A stretch of 19,318 nt of DNA. Source: Candidatus Hermodarchaeota archaeon (GTDB lineage: Archaea > Asgardarchaeota > Lokiarchaeia > Sigyniarchaeales > SOKP01). Position numbers and translations under genes: made by a program. The stretch covers positions 1 through 19,318 of the forward strand of contig JBHLLG010000054.1 in the NCBI GenBank assembly GCA_048885925.1. The letters are read 5' to 3'. Shown piece after piece: positions 16,501 to 19,318 of this stretch (position 1 is its first letter; each line of letters starts with the position of its first letter). The notes below the pieces were generated by a model. That model was not told the origin of the DNA, ran no database searches, and saw nothing but the letters and a program-made list of their open reading frames with translations.

Positions 16501-18324
16501 GTGAGAATAATGAAAAACAAGAAAATTATTTTGATTGGACTTTTTGGAATTGTAGCCTTATTAGCCACAAGTTCAATTCTTTCATTAAAGGGAGACAATT
16601 CTGTGGTTAGTGGAGATGCTTTTCTATCAGCAAGTGATCGTGGAGATGTATATGTATATGAAGGGTACATTAGAGATGAAAATAGTATCCCCTTAACTAA
16701 TGCTCATATAGAATTGATTAGCAATGGTCAAGTTTTATTAAATCATGATACTGGAACAAGCGGATATTATAGAATGAGTACTACTGAAGTTTTAGTTAAT
16801 GCTCAATTGGAAGTATCTAAAGAAGGTTATAAAACTCAAACAAGATCAGTTAGCAATTTTGGTGATTATGAAAATTTCAAGTTAGAACCTCAATATCTCT
16901 ATTTCTCAGATGACTTCAATACTGAGACAACAGGAAGTAATCCAAGCAATTGGATAGTACAAGAAGATGGAGAATATGCTGAAGTTTCAGTAATTAGTAC
17001 CGTTACAGAAGGTATTATAACAGACTCACATACAAAAATGGTCAAAATGCATGAAAATATTCATTTTGCTTTATCCGAAATTAGTTTAACTACAGTTTAT
17101 AACTTTAATCCAATAGACCCTATATTATTGTCATTTCAAACTGCATTTTACACTAATGATTATGAAAACATAAATTATGGTTATGTTCATATTTTAAGTA
17201 GCTCAATGTATGATCTCTTGTGGCTAAGGATAGACAGAAATGGGATATACTTTGCTAAAGAAGGTGGAGATTTAAATTATGAACATGTCTATAGTGATTT
17301 TGATTTAAACCATGTCTATGATATTGATTTAGTATTTCAGCTAGATGAAAATTCTCATATTTCTTATACCTTTTATGTAAACAAAGAAATAGAAAAATAT
17401 GATACCATTGAAGTAACTGGAAAAGACATTGGTTATTTGAAATTTGGTGCTGAAGGTTTTACTAATGCAAACTTCTTTGTTGACAATGTATTTTTTGGTG
17501 AAGTAGCTAAAGGTAACACATATATTAACTCTCAATTAAGCACTGCTGCTCCATTATGCAGACTTTTTGCTCCACATGTGCAAGGTGTTAGAAGTCATTA
17601 TAGAATTGAGTACTCTAAAACAGTTACAGCTGCCTTATCTTTATCAATAGGTCAAATTTGGACAATTTCAGTAGATTTAATCAATGTTGTAATTGCAGAT
17701 TATACTAAATACTATGGTTTTAGTATTGGATATGGTGAAGAGGATGCTATTGCTTTTATTAGAAGTGATTTCGAGCTAGATATTACTGAGATAATATTGC
17801 CAGGCGAAAGTAGAGTTTACCTAGAACTTTACAAAAATGTTGAGCATTTAAGATCAGAATTTGATGATCAAAGTGTAAGTGATTATACTACTCTATATGG
17901 TGAAGAAAGCTTACCATATTTAGCAGATGATTCAATTGCATCTGAAAATTATCATCAAAAAACATATTCACAAGATTACGGAGAACAAATAGAATATGAG
18001 GAATCAGCTTCTGCTACAAATAAAGTTACCATAAAAATTGGTTATTCAAAATATTGTATAGGCTTGGCACTAAAGTTTGTTTTATCTGAATCAATGAAAG
18101 CATCCACTTGGTTAACAGTTGATAGAGCATTAGAACCTACTTTTGCTTATGGAAAACCAACTGTTTATGGAGCTTATCTTCAAATTCAGCCTTGGATAGT
18201 TGCACCTTGGAATCCTCCTGAAGAGGATCCTCCAGTTGAAGACCCTCCTGTAAAACCACCTCCTAAACCTGAACCAGGTCCTGTGCCAGTACCTAAACCA
18301 GTACCTAAACCAACCCCTGACTAA
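16501..18324 (+). CDS. Secreted multidomain protein: carboxypeptidase-regulatory-like domain, lectin/LamG-like domain, unknown beta-rich domain, Pro-rich tail
   Basis: Signal peptide (likely start Met4, 16510). GYIRDENSIPLTNAHIEL..GYY..LEVSKEGYKTQT; YFSDDFN..GSNPSNW...FFVDNVFF; tail PPEEDPPVEDPPVKPPPKPEPGPVPVPKPVPKPTPD. Confidence 0.75.
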   Translation: MRIMKNKKIILIGLFGIVALLATSSILSLKGDNSVVSGDAFLSASDRGDVYVYEGYIRDENSIPLTNAHIELISNGQVLLNHDTGTSGYYRMSTTEVLVNAQLEVSKEGYKTQTRSVSNFGDYENFKLEPQYLYFSDDFNTETTGSNPSNWIVQEDGEYAEVSVISTVTEGIITDSHTKMVKMHENIHFALSEISLTTVYNFNPIDPILLSFQTAFYTNDYENINYGYVHILSSSMYDLLWLRIDRNGIYFAKEGGDLNYEHVYSDFDLNHVYDIDLVFQLDENSHISYTFYVNKEIEKYDTIEVTGKDIGYLKFGAEGFTNANFFVDNVFFGEVAKGNTYINSQLSTAAPLCRLFAPHVQGVRSHYRIEYSKTVTAALSLSIGQIWTISVDLINVVIADYTKYYGFSIGYGEEDAIAFIRSDFELDITEIILPGESRVYLELYKNVEHLRSEFDDQSVSDYTTLYGEESLPYLADDSIASENYHQKTYSQDYGEQIEYEESASATNKVTIKIGYSKYCIGLALKFVLSESMKASTWLTVDRALEPTFAYGKPTVYGAYLQIQPWIVAPWNPPEEDPPVEDPPVKPPPKPEPGPVPVPKPVPKPTPD

Positions 18325-18619
18325 AGAGCAGGTTGCATCAGGAATGTGTTATGGTTGTGGGGCTAACAAAGCCATTCATACATACGAAGATATATGGTCA
18401 GATGAGGAAGTGTTTACCTATGCAAAGCAATTTGAATTTTTCCCAGAAAACAGTTTAAGACAACGATTACAGTTTATTCGAGATCCTTTGTGGCACACAT
18501 ATGTCTTCTCTTATTCCATTGGAAAAGACTTAATTACAGCAAAATATGGAGAACGCCCGTCACCTAAAGATTTTACTACACTACTCACTCATCCGATTCT
18601 CCCCTCTGATTTAGTCTAA
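18317..18619 (+). pseudogene. C-terminal remnant of a DUF885-like protein
   Basis: N.A.H.YED.WSDEEV..Y......RLQFIRDPLWHTYVFSYSIGKDLI....F..LLT.PILPSDL resembles the C-terminus of ~400-aa DUF885-like proteins. The frame stays open upstream of the called ATG (LTKEQVASG) and there is no room for a promoter. Confidence 0.55.
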
Positions 18620-18690
18620 GAGTTTTTTAATGAAAGCGGATTAGGACTTTCCTTCTTAAATGATATTCCACATAAGGGACACGTCATATA
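18615..18690 (+). repeat. 76-bp direct repeat, copy 2 (3' half of the Zn-ribbon gene on the minus strand)
   Basis: The minus strand reads MTCPLCGISFKKESPNPLSLKNS*. The first CxxC is missing. Confidence 0.95.
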
Positions 18691-19160
18691 TCTATATGAA
18701 TCTGCTGAATTTAAATTGTCGGATGGATTATGTGAAATTTATCAATGTGTTGGCACAGTATTCACATTTAGTTGGAGCACTTGTTTATGTTGGGCTTCCA
18801 AAAAAAATACCGAAGGAAAAAAAGAAATTTCTTTCGTATTTAAAGAAAGCAGGGTTTATTATTCAGCCACGCCCGATACAAGAAACCCCTAATGGTAAGA
18901 AAAAGCAGAAGGGCGTTGATGTATTTATGTATAAGGAAATTGTGGAGTTAGCCGAAGAAGATTCATATGATAGAGCTATAATTGTTAGTGGCGATGCTGA
19001 TTTTGTCGATGCGGTGAAAAAGTTAAAAGAATTAGGCAAGGAATTTACCATCTGGAGCTTTAAGGTATCATTAGCACAGGCATTAATTGATGAGGCAGGG
19101 AAAGAAAATGTCCAGTATATCGATAGCATCCTAGAATATATTGCATTACCTGAAAATTAG
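18660..19160 (+). CDS. NYN domain (LabA/DUF88, PIN-like) nuclease, possibly with a replaced N-terminus
   Basis: Motifs KQKGVDV, YDRAIIVSGDADFVDAV and GKEFTIWSF. The canonical IFIDGxN is absent and replaced by IFHIRDTSYIY. Confidence 0.85.
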   Translation: MIFHIRDTSYIYMNLLNLNCRMDYVKFINVLAQYSHLVGALVYVGLPKKIPKEKKKFLSYLKKAGFIIQPRPIQETPNGKKKQKGVDVFMYKEIVELAEEDSYDRAIIVSGDADFVDAVKKLKELGKEFTIWSFKVSLAQALIDEAGKENVQYIDSILEYIALPEN

Positions 19161-19301
19161 GGTTATAGAATGTACACTCCCAAAAGACAACCATCCATTT
19201 TTGTTGTTAAAACTTTATTTTTTTATAGAAACATTGTTCCCTAAAAAAGTTTAAAAACCTTTAAATCTATTTTTTACAAAAATGTTAGAAGGTGGAAAAA
19301 G

Positions 19302-19318
19302 ATGGATCGTAAAAAGAT
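19302..19318 (+). CDS. Probable start of the next gene (truncated by the window)
   Basis: ATG preceded by AGGTGG and a TATA-like AAAAACCTTTAAAT. Only 5 codons are visible. Confidence 0.35.

Noticed and set aside
17269-17331. Small internal duplication (DLNYEHVY / DLNHVY) in the 607-aa gene
   Set aside because: Two short imperfect units in frame, with no evident functional implication.
16243-18690. Direct repeats as a CRISPR array, tRNA att site or DGR template/variable pair
   Set aside because: Only two 76-bp copies and no cloverleaf. The four differences are mostly synonymous changes in a coding frame, and there is no reverse transcriptase, cas or integrase gene.
2277-19129. Short shadow ORFs in the track (2277-2558, 2755-2943, 3089-3313, 5319-5552, 8312-8497, 9047-9238, 10131-10400, 13122-13316, 16440-16670, 17341-17535, 18863-19129)
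   Set aside because: All lie antisense to longer, motif-supported genes and show no recognisable features.

Overview
A very AT-rich, densely coding 19.3 kb window that looks like an Asgard archaeon, probably Lokiarchaeia. This is an inference from a longin-like ORF, a RING-type Zn finger, C-terminal TM+poly-Lys sorting tails, BRE/TATA promoters and oligo-T terminators. Most genes are unlinked housekeeping or accessory genes: gpmA, a SagB-type nitroreductase, a rhodanese, an alpha/beta hydrolase, an MBL hydrolase, TIGR04076 and DUF1428-like proteins, and an orphan peptide ABC binding protein. Several secreted or surface proteins are interspersed. I saw no rRNA, tRNA, CRISPR array, integrase or transposase. 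Structure not shown by the ORF track: (1) an uncalled 46-aa Zn-ribbon gene (16244-16384, minus) whose 3' 76 bp recur at 18615-18690, bracketing a 607-aa secreted protein and a gene remnant and supplying the ATG and first codons of a NYN nuclease ORF; (2) a degenerate ~180-bp duplication of a convergent gene-end junction (6881-7062 vs 7804-7989) bracketing another surface-protein gene; (3) a tandem-wHTH/TPR regulator with direct-repeat boxes in its divergent promoter; (4) two small tandem paralogs. All family assignments come from motif recognition by eye. No searches were run.
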